Shown piece by piece: positions 11,472-22,010 of a stretch of DNA of 64,000 nt. Numbering within the stretch: the stretch's first letter is position 1; each line of letters begins with the position of its first letter. The DNA comes from Antechinus flavipes (taxonomy: Eukaryota), in the NCBI RefSeq assembly GCF_016432865.1, contig NC_067404.1, forward strand, positions 71,734,001 to 71,798,000. The letters run 5' to 3'. The notes beneath the pieces were generated by a model. The model did no database searches and had not been told where the DNA came from. It was given only the letters and a program-made list of their open reading frames with translations. Both the position numbers and the translations under genes were made by a program.

Positions 11472-11948
11472 TTTTTATTTTTATTTTTTTTTAAAGATTT
11501 ATGTATTTTTAATACACATTGCTTTATGAATCATATAGGGAGAGAGAAATCAGAGCAAAAGGGAAAAACCATGGGAGAGGAAAAAAACAGAAAAAAGAAG
11601 TGAACATAGAGTGTGTTGACTTACATTCAGTCTCCATAGTTCTTTTTCTGGAGGCAGATGCCATTTTCAAATATATTGGGTTCACTTTGGATCACTAAAC
11701 TACTGAGAAGAACCAAGTCTTTCATAGTCGATCATTGCACATTTTTGCTGTTTTTGTGTACGATGTATTCCTGGCTCTGCTTGTTTCACTCAGCATCCGT
11801 TTGCATAGATCTTTTGAGGCTTTTCTAAAATCAACTTGTTCATCTCTTTTTATAGAACAGTAATATTCCATTATTTTCATGTACCACAAGTTATTCAACC
11901 GTTCCCCAATTGATGGGCATCTACTCATTTTCCAATTCTTTGCTATCA
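11472..11948 (-). mobile_element. 5'-truncated L1 inserted into a MIR
   Basis: T-rich tail at 11472. ORF 11722-11961 carries CPSIGE/LWYM/MLSE motifs. Degenerate TSD: CTGTGCTCAGCTC (11459-11471) and CTGTGCTGAGCACTC (11949-11963). MIR(-) sequence lies on both sides (about 11425-11471 and 11949-12150). Confidence 0.88.
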
Positions 11949-12149
11949 CTGTGCTGAGCACTCTTTACAAAGATTTCATCTCATCTTCACAATCATTCTG
12001 TAAAGTAGGTGCTATATTTATTTTGATTTTATAGCAGACAGATATTAAATGACTTGCCCAGAATCATGCGGCTACTAAGTGTGTAAGGCTGCTTTAAAAC
12101 TCACGTCTTCCTGACTCCAGGCCCAATGCACTACCTAGCTCCTCCTTCA

Positions 12150-12955
12150 AGGTTTAGAAATAATCATTCATTATTTCTCTCACTCTCCTTAATCCAACAT
12201 GAGATCAAGGCCTTTTGTTTTTACTTTTGTGACATCTTTTTAATTCTTCTACTACTTCTCTCCTCTGACCCTGTTCCCATCCTAGTGCAGGCCCTCATCA
12301 CCTCCTATCTGAACTATCACAATAGCAACTAGTGAATCTGCCTCCTTCAAATCTCTCCACACTCCAATCTATCCTTCATTCATCCACTAAAGTGATTTTC
12401 CTGAATCTAACCTAAATCTGACGGGTCTGGCCATGACACTTCCTCTCCTCAATAAACTCTACTGCTTTCCTCTCATCTCCAGGAGAAAATGCAAAACGCT
12501 CCCTTTGGCAAAGTTCTTGAGCACCTAGCGCCCTCCTCCCTTTCCAGTCTTCTTATATCTTACTCATTGCCATATACGCTGGGATCCAGTGTCACTGGTT
12601 TCTTGGTTGCTACACAAACAGAACACTCCATTTCCCATCTCAAAACATTTTCATTTGCCTGCAAGTGAACTCTAAATCCCCAGCTTTTCTTATGTCTCAA
12701 CTAAAATCCCCATCTTCCACAGGAAGCTTTTCCTAATCCTCCTTAATGCCCGTGCCTTCCCTCCACTGATTATTTCCCGTTCATCCTGTCTAGAGTTTGT
12801 TAGTACATAGCTGTTTCTTTGTTGTTTCCCCCATTAGAGTGGGAGCCCCTTGAAGGCAGAGATTGTTTTGGGGTCTTTTTCACCTTTCTTTGTATCCCTG
12901 GTGCTTGACACAGTGCCCGACACATAGTAAAAACTTTGTTTAATGACTGACTAGT
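12150..12955 (+). mobile_element. L2 LINE 3' portion
   Basis: Pyrimidine-rich L2 body ending CCCCATTAGAGTGGGAGCCCCTTGAAGGCAG...ACACAGTGCCCGACACATAGTA. Confidence 0.85.
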
Positions 12956-13034
12956 TCAGTAACACTTACCAAAGCTTAATCTCAACCGGTATAAGCTTAG
13001 AAAAAATAGATTCACCTCTAGTTGGAGTAGAGAA

Positions 13035-13420
13035 CAATAGACATGTATTAAATGCCCATTTATGTGCCAGGCACTGTGCTGAGCCCTTTACACGTATCTC
13101 ATTTGATAATCTATGATCTTATGATCCTGATCTCAAGAAACATGATTCTATAGAGGGAGATAGTAAGTATATACAAATTAATGTAAAGTAACTTAGGGCA
13201 AAGGAATTCTATGAGAGCTGGGGGGAGGGAGGAGTCGATAAGAAAGGCTTCACATTAGAAGTAGTGTTTGAACAGAATTCTGAAGGAACCTGGACATTCT
13301 AAAAGACTTAAGTAAGGAGGGAGGACATTTCAGCCAAAGGCACAGAGACAGGAAGTGTGGGCTTGTATGTGGGGAAAAGAAAGACAGCTAGTTTGCCTTG
13401 ATTGTAGAGTACATAAAATG
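13035..13420 (-). mobile_element. L2 LINE fragment(s)
   Basis: TATGTGCCAGGCACTGTGCT followed by purine-rich reverse-strand L2 sequence. Confidence 0.65.
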
Positions 13421-13439
13421 AGTAATAATAATAATAATA

Positions 13440-13710
13440 ATTAATAATAATAGCTAACGTACATCTAGTGTCTACTATATAGCCCAGACTGTGCTAAGTG
13501 CTTTCCAAATGTTATCTCATTTGATCCTCACAACAGACCTAGGAGATTGATGTTATCAATGGTCTCCATTTTACAGTTAAAAAAAAAAAAATGAGGCAAA
13601 CAGAGATTAAGTGACTGGCCCAGAGTCACACAGCTAAATAAATGACTAAGCCTGGATTTGACTTCTTGATTCCAGACCCAGCTCTCTAGGCACTATCCTA
13701 CTTAGCTGCA
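13440..13710 (-). mobile_element. MIR SINE preceded by (TAA)n
   Basis: TGTGCTAAGTGCTTT...ATCTCATTTGATCCTCACAAC...GAGATTAAGTGACTGGCCCAGAGTCACACAGCT. Confidence 0.85.
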
Positions 13711-14049
13711 TAGTAATATATCATAAGATTGGAAAGGAAAGCTTACATTATGCTGGACTAAGTAAATATCCAGACCCAAATACTTTGATCTCTCCTACAG
13801 GCTTTGCCAATCTTGCCAAGGGCCTTAGATCTACTGGAACTGAATGGGAAATCATCAAATCTTAGAACTTCCAAACTACAAGAGACCCCAGAGGCCATCT
13901 AGGCCAGCTTCATCATGTGGTAAAATGAAGTTGGTCCAACATCAGTCCCAGAGCTCAGATCTCCTGACTCTTAGATCACTCCTTCTGTTACATCTTTTTT
14001 GCTCATCGATACAGGCGCTTCTTCTAGCAATGGCGGCCCCTTCGTTCTT

Positions 14050-14450
14050 TCTCATTCTGTATGATTCCTGTACATCTCCATTCCATGAATCCTCTATCAT
14101 GATTAAGGCCTTTCTTTAATATTTCATGGCTACCAATGCAATGCTTAGGGCATCCATCCATTATCCTCCACTCTTGTTTCCTGACCAGCACACCTAATCT
14201 TCCTGTCACATGTCCTCAGTGATATCTTTTTTGCCTCTTCTCATGTTGATAGATGAAATATATCCATCATGCATCTTTTCCCCAAAGGTGACAGAAAGGA
14301 TCGATTTAATTCCTGATAGATTGTGGTACTCCATAACTCCCCAAAGTCCTCCTCCATTGCTCTGTCATGGTGTAGAGGTGAGCCAGGATTTTTGGAGTCT
14401 GCCAATGAGGACTAAACTCTTGAAGGTTCTAAAGGTTTTAAGTATAGTCC
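14050..14450 (-). mobile_element. Probable decayed CR1/L3 ORF2 fragment
   Basis: General resemblance only; no clean motif is readable. Confidence 0.3.
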
Positions 14451-14559
14451 CAATAACGGTATGTCTGTGATCCGTGGACAAGCCTAACCTTGAATGGCAG
14501 GTTGGCTCTAGGTGTGAGGATCTCCAGGTCTACCATACTCATTAAAACATGGTGCCAGG

Positions 14560-14730
14560 CTGCTAATATAGAGAGTCCAGGATTAAGAGTTAGAAAGACT
14601 TGAACTCTAATTCCCCCTCAAGACAATAGCACTGTGTCCCTAGGCAAATCATTTTACCTATGTTAGCCTCAGTTTCCTCTTCTATAAAATGTGGCTAATA
14701 ATAGCACTTGTCTCACAGGGTTGTCCTGAG
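14560..14730 (+). mobile_element. MIR SINE
   Basis: GCCTCAGTTTCCTCTTCTATAAAATG...CTCACAGGGTTGT. Confidence 0.8.
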
Positions 14731-14731
14731 G

Positions 14732-14732
<1 letters not shown>

Positions 14733-14779
<47 letters not shown>
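14733..14779. repeat. (CA)n microsatellite
   Basis: Read directly. Confidence 0.97.
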
Positions 14780-14782
<3 letters not shown>

Positions 14783-15224
14783 TGTGAGAAAGAATGACAA
14801 GATTGACCTTAATCAGGATAATGAGACTAAGTTGGAAAAATTAATTGTGATGGAGAGAATTGTAAAGTGAGAACCAGTTGTCATGATGGAGAGCTTTAAT
14901 TATCCATACATAGAATAGCAGAACAAGTTTTTAGTATGAACTGAGTAGAGGCAGTTAGAGGATATCACCTTTCTATAATCAGTAGATTTAGAACCGCATG
15001 AGGTCATCATTCAGCAATCACTTCTTAGGTTTCTACTGTGCACTAGTCACAGAGGATATGAAGAAAGGAGAACATTCATTTCTTCAAGGACCTCACATGC
15101 TCTAGTGGAATAATAGAGAGAATGGTAGATTTACAGCAGAGGCAGAACTCTTTGTACTACTGACAAATCCTTAGAGAGTCACCAGAGATGAAAAATATAC
15201 TTGTATGTGTATATACATATACAT

Positions 15225-15440
15225 ATGTTGGTTGTTGATTTGTTTTCCTTGGCAAAGATGCTGGAGTGGTTCACCATTTCCTTCTCCAGCTCATTTTACA
15301 GAAGAGGAAACTGGGGCAAAACTGAAGTGACTTGCCCAGGGTCACACATGTAGGGAGGACCTGAGGTCAGATTTGAACTCAGAAAGAGAAATCTTCCTGA
15401 CGTCAGGCCAGGCAGTCCATTTGCTGTGCCACCCAACTGC
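15225..15440 (-). mobile_element. MAR1-type marsupial SINE (CORE head, RTE-like tail)
   Basis: TTTTCCTTGGCAAAGATGCTGGAGTGGTTCACCATTTCCTTCTCCAGCTCATTTTACAG. Confidence 0.85.
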
Positions 15441-16679
15441 TCATGTATATATCTGTACCCTGCCATAATTTATATCCTGTCATCTCTATTGGGATAGGGG
15501 GTAGGGCACAGTTCTTCACAGATCGAAAGCTAGAAAGGATTTTTGATTTTAGAGATCAAGAAACTCATTTTAGAGATCAGGAAACTAAAAAGCTAAAAAC
15601 TAAAAAGATTAAGTGAATGTCTGGGGAAGGATTTGAACGTAGAGCCAGACTACAAATTGAATGTCTCTTCCACCGGAGCAGGCTGCCTCATCTCACAGCA
15701 GACAGTTTTGAATGGCGTTCACTCAGTACACGGGCACCAACTGAGGCTAGACAATGTTCCGAAGGGAAAAGAAAAGAAAACCAAACCAAAATTTGAAAGC
15801 AGGTAGCTCCCTAATAAAGCAAAGACTCTCTAGACTTTGGATATCTGGATGACATCGAGACGTCTAATAAATTTGCAAAACATCCATTCATCCATTCCAG
15901 AGCAACCAAATTAATCCTTCTTTAATGCCCGAAGACACTCCCGGGTCTAAACCAGACTCCAAAGTTAATCAATAAAAGTCATCGAATCATAGAATTTCAG
16001 GTGGGGGATAAAAACATACATACATATAAACTATTCTACCAATTAATCTGCCGTCTCCAGGAAGCAAAAAGGACACCTAATTCCTTCCCCTCTAAGAAGC
16101 AGCGCCTACACTTGGGTACCTTTTCTAATAACATAGGAAATGTTATCTACCTTGACCAGAGCACTGCCCTAATGATCCAGGTTCTCTGAGATTTAATTCT
16201 CTTCGCAGCTTTAATCTCTGATCTTCAGAATGAGATTAAAACCAGATCTATGGAGAAGGCTTAAAGTATTCTCCAAGCAAGGGAAAGCAAATGAACTTCC
16301 ACTGAAGCTCCTGTGCTGAGGCTTCTTTCTCTTTCTTTAAAAAGGATTTCTTATGAGAAGGAGTCCCAGCTCTCATTTAAAGGATTATTTGGGGAATAGT
16401 TTGAATAATATAAACATCTCAACTCACGATTTCTCAAGCTTCTATCAACAGACAAAAACCCTTATGTGGAGGTGGCTGGGAAAGGCTGTCAATTCTGCTA
16501 TGTGCTTTTCCTTTAAGGAAAGTCACAACAGCTGAATAGGACTTTTAAAAAATCGCCAGCTGCCATCATCACTTTAAAATGACAGGGCAATGAGGTCCCC
16601 CCGCAGCACCTCAATGGGCCCAGTTACCCCTTCTCTTGCCTTAGCCTCCCACCTTGCTAGTCAATGAAATCTATCCCCT

Positions 16680-16805
16680 GTGGAGAGACAGAGAGATGGA
16701 GAGGCAGAAGGATAGATGAGAAAGAGAGGAAACATGGAGAGGAAGAGACAGAGACAGAGAAGAAGGAGGAGGAAGAAGAGAAAGGGAGAGAGGAGGAGAG
16801 AAATA
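16680..16805. repeat. GA-rich low-complexity tract
   Basis: Read directly; almost purine-only on the + strand. Confidence 0.9.
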
Positions 16806-17584
16806 GCCATGGGTGACAATTTCCAACATGTAGTCCCAATAATTAAAGTCATTGGTTAGAAAGATACTGGGGGTGGGGGAGGGGTCTAAAGTACAAGTAA
16901 ACCCTGCAGAATCTCAAGAATGAGAAAGGACCAATCCACCCTGTATGTGGACACCAATCTCTTCCACAATTTCTGGGCCAAAAGACCACTTGGTTTTTGT
17001 TTAAAGACCTCAGCTGATGGGGGAGACGCACTGTCTTGTCCTCAGACAGCAGATTCCGCTCGTTCTAATTGTTAGGAAGTCAGGTATTATGTTATTGTAA
17101 ATTAGAGATTAACATCAATTAGAAATCAGTTAAAGTACCTGTGACATTAGCATGGTTTAGGTTTGGGAATGGAAAGTTGACACATAAAAAATTGAATAGT
17201 TCAACTGTATAATTAGATGCAGAAAAGATTTCAGGTAAAAAAAAAATGGAACGCTAAATTATGTTGATTGAGACTGATCAACTGACAAGCTAACTGCTCA
17301 AGTCCTTACTTTACTGTGCCTTTGTGGGAGATCCCTCACCATACTGAGCCACTCACTGTTCCACCAATTCAACAAGAGAGCTCCATCCTCCATGCATTCC
17401 TAGAAGATGGTGCCCATTTAAGTCCTCCAGTCTGTCCAGCTGAAGCTTTGCTTCCTTCTTCCTCTCGCACATTGCTTTCCTCAGTTAGTCCGGCTCCTTT
17501 TTCTCATATATTTTCTAGATTATTTGTCTTCAAGTCTCCTTTGTCCATGTCACTCACTTCTCTGAGACTGATAGTGACCTGAGT

Positions 17585-18020
17585 ATGGTTATAATTCTGC
17601 TTCACCCCCAATCCTAATGGGACAGGAGTACTTTTGAGAGCATCTGGGACTAGGAAAGACCCTCCGGGTTTCTGGCCAAAGCAGAAATGACTGCTATTTA
17701 TATTCCACCTGAGGCAATCAGGACCTAAACAACGACCAAATGGGGCTGGGCCTAAGAGCCAAAGATGGCCAATGCTGAGGCCTCAGTCAAACTGAGACCT
17801 GTAGAAGACCTTAGCTCAGGCCAAGGTCTCTCACCTAGGACCATCTCCAGTCCTCTAGCTCTCTCTCTGGCCACTGGACTCAGATTTCTCTGGAGGGGAA
17901 AGTGAGGCAGGTGACCTCACCCAGCCCTCCCTCACTTCAATCCAATTCACTTGCAAGTCATGACATCAGCTTTCTGAAGTGGGGTCGTCTTCCAGAAGGA
18001 AGAATAAACAGCAACAACAA
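17585..18020 (+). mobile_element. RTE-related non-autonomous element (MdoRep1/RTESINE-like; name uncertain)
   Basis: The 3' half matches the RTE 5' region at about 42850-43020 (GCCACTGGA...CCTCACTT.AATC.AATT) and ends in a CAACAACAAC tail; paralogue of 7975-8355. Confidence 0.78.
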
Positions 18021-18229
18021 CTTTGAGGGCAGAGACCATTTTTCTTTTGCCTTTGGGGTCCGGGGCTAGCAAGCTCTTTTCATATAGTTCAGGATGAATG
18101 TTAAATGAAATGAAATTGCTCCCTGTGGGCATGCCCAGGTCTCAGTTCCTCCTCCTCTATATACAGTCTCCAGTAATATTTTTTTAGGTGAAACGTTTCC
18201 CCTCCCCAGAAAGGTGTATGTGTGTGATA

Positions 18230-18350
18230 GGGTCCAGAGAGAGCTAGACTTTGAATCCAAAGATCTGGTTTCAAGGATCCTGCCTGGGATACATTTACTA
18301 GCTAGATGACATCCTTTACAAGTCGCTTCATTTCAGTTTCCTCATCGATG
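18230..18350 (+). mobile_element. MIR SINE
   Basis: TTCAGTTTCCTCATCGATGAAA core. Confidence 0.65.
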
Positions 18351-19259
18351 AAACAGAAATATTCAGGCCACCAACAGGCATTTATTAATCAATTTGATAT
18401 GATTCCGTAGGGGTAGTGATTATAAGTGCTGTATACCAGTCCCCAGAGCTGTGAGCTGCACAGTTCACCTGCTTAGTCATAGGAAGTTCACTAGAGGCCT
18501 CTCCCCCTTATTTTCCTTGTCATGATGACCAAGTCCAGTGTGGTGGAGGTGACTCAATTACTTGGAAAGCCCTCCAATTTCTTTTTGTATCTCTGGACCA
18601 TTTTCTCTTATTCAACATGAAGAGGTGACCAGCTTGTGACCACTTGGTGGAGATCCTCCTTATTTCACCCAACCTCTGATAGCTTGTACCATCTCCTCCT
18701 GCCTAACCCAAGGAGAAGCCTATCCATCTTCTGACCACTTAGGCAGATGGCCCTTACTTCACCCAAATAGTGATGCTGCTGACATGTTATTTTGCTTATT
18801 TTAGCTTATGTGTCCTACGTCAATCACTGCAATTTGGTATAGTCATTCTGGAATAGGAATATAGGAATATAGACCTATAAAGATGGGACCTGGAAGAAGG
18901 AAGCATCTTAAATCCTGAGAAAGATCAGAAGGGAGTTTAGAAGGAACCATGGATCCTGAATAAAATACCATGTGCCTAGAGTTGTGTCTCAGTCTCTTTT
19001 TATTATAGGTGAGACAATTTTAATCCCCTCATCAGAAAGGTTTGTCTTCCAGGAAGAAGGAAGCTTATGCTCAGTGGGCAGTAAAAAGAAGTTAGGCCAT
19101 GAGAAAATGGTCTCGATTCATAATCTTCCAATCCATGGACTATAGAAGAGGCCCCTCTCTCTAAGCAATGAAAGTACATTGTTTTATAGAAAGACAGCTA
19201 GATAAAGAAGCTGGATTTTTTTTTATTCATTCCTTTAATTTCATTTTATGCTCTTCCAG

Positions 19260-19555
19260 ACAGCAGACTGGCTCAAACTCTGTGGTCCCGCGACTTGTTT
19301 ATTTCATTGCCTGGGAAGACAGACTTTTGTTCCAATGATTTTTTGTCATAGAGAGTGATGGGTTAGCAAAATGAGAGTCATGTTGCTTGAATTAACTACA
19401 TAAGTGGCCTGGGACTTGTGACATTTGGAGTACCTTCAAGGGTTTTCTAATAACAATACACTTTAGTCCTTGTTGCCAGTAAATGAATGAATGCCCTTTG
19501 TTATTTTCCATTATTTTCTTCTACTAGCTATCAATAAAGTGAAACAATAAAAAAC
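19260..19555 (+). other. Candidate exon or alternative last exon of an unidentified transcript
   Basis: A T-rich tract of about 40 nt ends CTCTTCCAG at 19259; AATAAA at 19533-19538 and 19546-19551. Confidence 0.25.
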
Positions 19556-20039
19556 CACAGTGCTGTAGTTTAGAACACTTCTTGGATATTAGATGACACT
19601 AGTATCCATTAAAATCCCACTTGGATACCTCAGCATGGTGTGGAGCTCGATTTGGTGTTCTGGAAGACAAAGAGCCTTCCAAGCTAGAAGGGCTGCAAAT
19701 AAGAGTCCATAAATGGACTCAATGTACAGGTCTGTCAAACCTGATTAAGTCTAAAAAGACTCATCTCCACAAGACTGATAACCACGTGGTAATTTGTCCA
19801 GACCACATATTCCCGAAACCAGAGAAATCCTTGATTCTTGAGAAGCTGCTGCTTAACTGTTTTCCTTCAGGTGAGAAAGAGGAGGAGCACCAGGCCTTAC
19901 AATCCACCTGCCTCTATCTTCTGTAGTCCCCTAGAATGGCCATTTTTGTTACTCGATAACCCAAGTGCCTCTGGGCCTTGCTATGTTCCCCTCCCCTCTC
20001 CCTATTCCCTAACCCTTGGAACTTGTGGACCTTGCCACC

Positions 20040-20200
20040 CTCCCTGCAGATTCCCTTTCATTTTTGTGTAGTCTAATCTATTTGGAGTCTGAATTCCTTG
20101 AGAGTAAGGACTGTCTTAATTTTTCTATGTATATCCCCAGAGTAGTACAGCACATGGCACATATTGCTTAATAAATGTTTTCTTCATTCATTCATTCATT
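20040..20200 (+). mobile_element. L2 LINE 3' terminus
   Basis: GTAAGGACTGTC...GGCACATATTGCTTAATAAATG followed by (TTCA)n. Confidence 0.8.
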
Positions 20201-20390
20201 CGGCTTCTAGACTCCAGGCCTTGGAATCAGCTCTCTTCCACATCCAGTCTACCAGTTCTTCCTCCATAAGATTTTCCAGACTATATATAAAAATATATTT
20301 TTAGCAAGCGCTCTCTATCCTTTCTCTTACTTGATATCAAAGCCAAACTAAAGCAACAACCGATTTCCTTACTTCTCAACTTCTCTCCAG

Positions 20391-20429
20391 TCTGCTCGAA
20401 CATCAAAGGTTGCCGAAGTCCCTGTCCTG
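20391..20429 (+). other. Candidate 39-nt internal exon (host gene not recognised)
   Basis: Acceptor TTCCTTACTTCTCAACTTCTCTCCAG, donor CTG|GTGAGT. All three frames are open (SARTSKVAEVPVL; xCSNIKGCRSPCP; LLEHQRLPKSLS). CpG-retaining context. Confidence 0.5.
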
Positions 20430-20700
20430 GTGAGTATTGCTCCTCTGGTCTCTGAAATCCTGAGGTATCCATGCGGTTCTCAGAAGTAGCCAAAAGTATA
20501 CCCACCATTGAACATATACCTCCCACCATACTATTTTCCTTTGTTCCTTTAGCGATCCTGAAACTGGGCTGCGGTCCTAAGAAAATATTGGAATAGCTCA
20601 CAGTGAATTTCATCATGCTGAGTTACTTAACTGAACACCGCTACCCTACCTTCCCATTCTCCAAGATGCCAGTATTCTCTTTCTTCTTTTCTTGTTTCAG

Positions 20701-20956
20701 GCAACCAAGGTTAAGGGGGAATAATCACTGATCTAGCTAAATCAAACTCTCCGTGGAGAGCTGGAAGAATGTAGAATCCGATGTTTTCATCTACCAGTGT
20801 CGTGTTTTAGCACAACAAAGAGACAACTTGGTGGAGTATCCCTGGATGGCTGATACGCAAATTTGGGTCAAAAAACCCCAAGTTCATCTTCACATTAGAA
20901 ACAACTGAAGGGGAATGCTAGTGCTTTTGCAAAAATTAAATCAATGTAATTCACAG
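20701..20956 (+). other. Candidate 256-nt exon, or terminal exon running to about 21020
   Basis: Acceptor ATTCTCTTTCTTCTTTTCTTGTTTCAG ends at 20700; donor CAG|GTGAGC at 20956/20957; AATAAA at 20995-21000; early stops in all frames. Confidence 0.45.
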
Positions 20957-21869
20957 GTGAGCCTGAATTTTGCCACATCTTACAATCAACGTGGAATAAA
21001 TTAAAAGATTAATTCACGTGGCCGTTCTCTGTGTCTATCCATCGTGGGACACACGATAGGTTTGCTCACAACTTAACAATACACTTCCTTCTGAGCTTCC
21101 CTGAGAACTGAGCTCTCTCCTTGAGTACAGTCCAGCAGCGTTTTCCAACTTATCCTAAATCCTCAAAAGGCTTTTGTTCTTCAGATAAAGAAAATATTTC
21201 TAGCCTTTCAGGGTGTCAGAATTTCTGAAGCTGGAAATTAGTTTTTGAAAAGAATCCAAACATTAGGGACATTTTAGAAGAGAAAAAAAAAACAACTAAG
21301 GAATGGGGGGGGCCCTTCTTTCTTTCTAAGGGTAATTGGTAGACCTTTATCTGTTTTGCTAATAACATACACTGAGAGTATTAATTAAAATATAAGCCAT
21401 GGCTTTCTCCTTCTTGGCCATGCTAGGGGGCGGGATGGTCTTTGTTCATTTCGACTCTCCTGATAGAAGCCAGCCATCGATTTGGCAGGTATTCATTGTA
21501 TTTCTTCCTCCCGCTTCCAAGGCTTGACGTATTATTTGTCAGGAGCTCTTTGAAAGATCTGCAAAGTATTATTAAAGTACTTGATCTGTTCTCAGCGCAG
21601 CACTGGTTTTCTCTAATTTTTTCTCTGTGCAGTCAACATTAGAGCTCCATTGATAAAGGCAAGCTTACAACTTTATTGTTTAGCCTGATTTACTTGCTGT
21701 CGTGACCAGTGTTTTCTGACTCATATCTTGAAATATCTATGCAATCAACGGTTTCAATAAAAGCGTGGTTTGGCAGACACTGGAGATGTGAAGGGAGATG
21801 ATGGGTTTCAGATTTTAAGAAGCCCACCCTCATATAAACAACATGAACCTTTAGAACCTTTAGGGGTGA

Positions 21870-22010
21870 AAGAGGCGACTTCTACCACAGTCTCCACTGC
21901 TTATGAGCTAACTTTGGCCAAGTCACTTGGCCTCTTGGTGCCTCAGTTTCCCGATTGTCAAACAAAGGAGTAGAATTAGATAACCATGAAAGTTCCTTCC
22001 AGTTCCAAGT
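21870..22010 (+). mobile_element. MIR SINE
   Basis: GGCCAAGTCACTTGGCCTCTTGGTGCCTCAGTTTCC. Confidence 0.75.

Noticed and set aside
16630-16680. Minus-strand exon candidate using the GA tract as its pyrimidine tract
   Set aside because: The acceptor strength comes from a simple repeat, the donor is weak and all frames have stops.
19621-19926. 101-aa ORF and a possible 69-nt exon at 19802-19870
   Set aside because: The acceptor is weak, CAG|GTGAGA could equally be an acceptor, and the peptide is unrecognised.
20281-20616. 111-aa minus-strand ORF
   Set aside because: No recognisable domain. It is antisense to the + strand splice cluster, which explains the region better.
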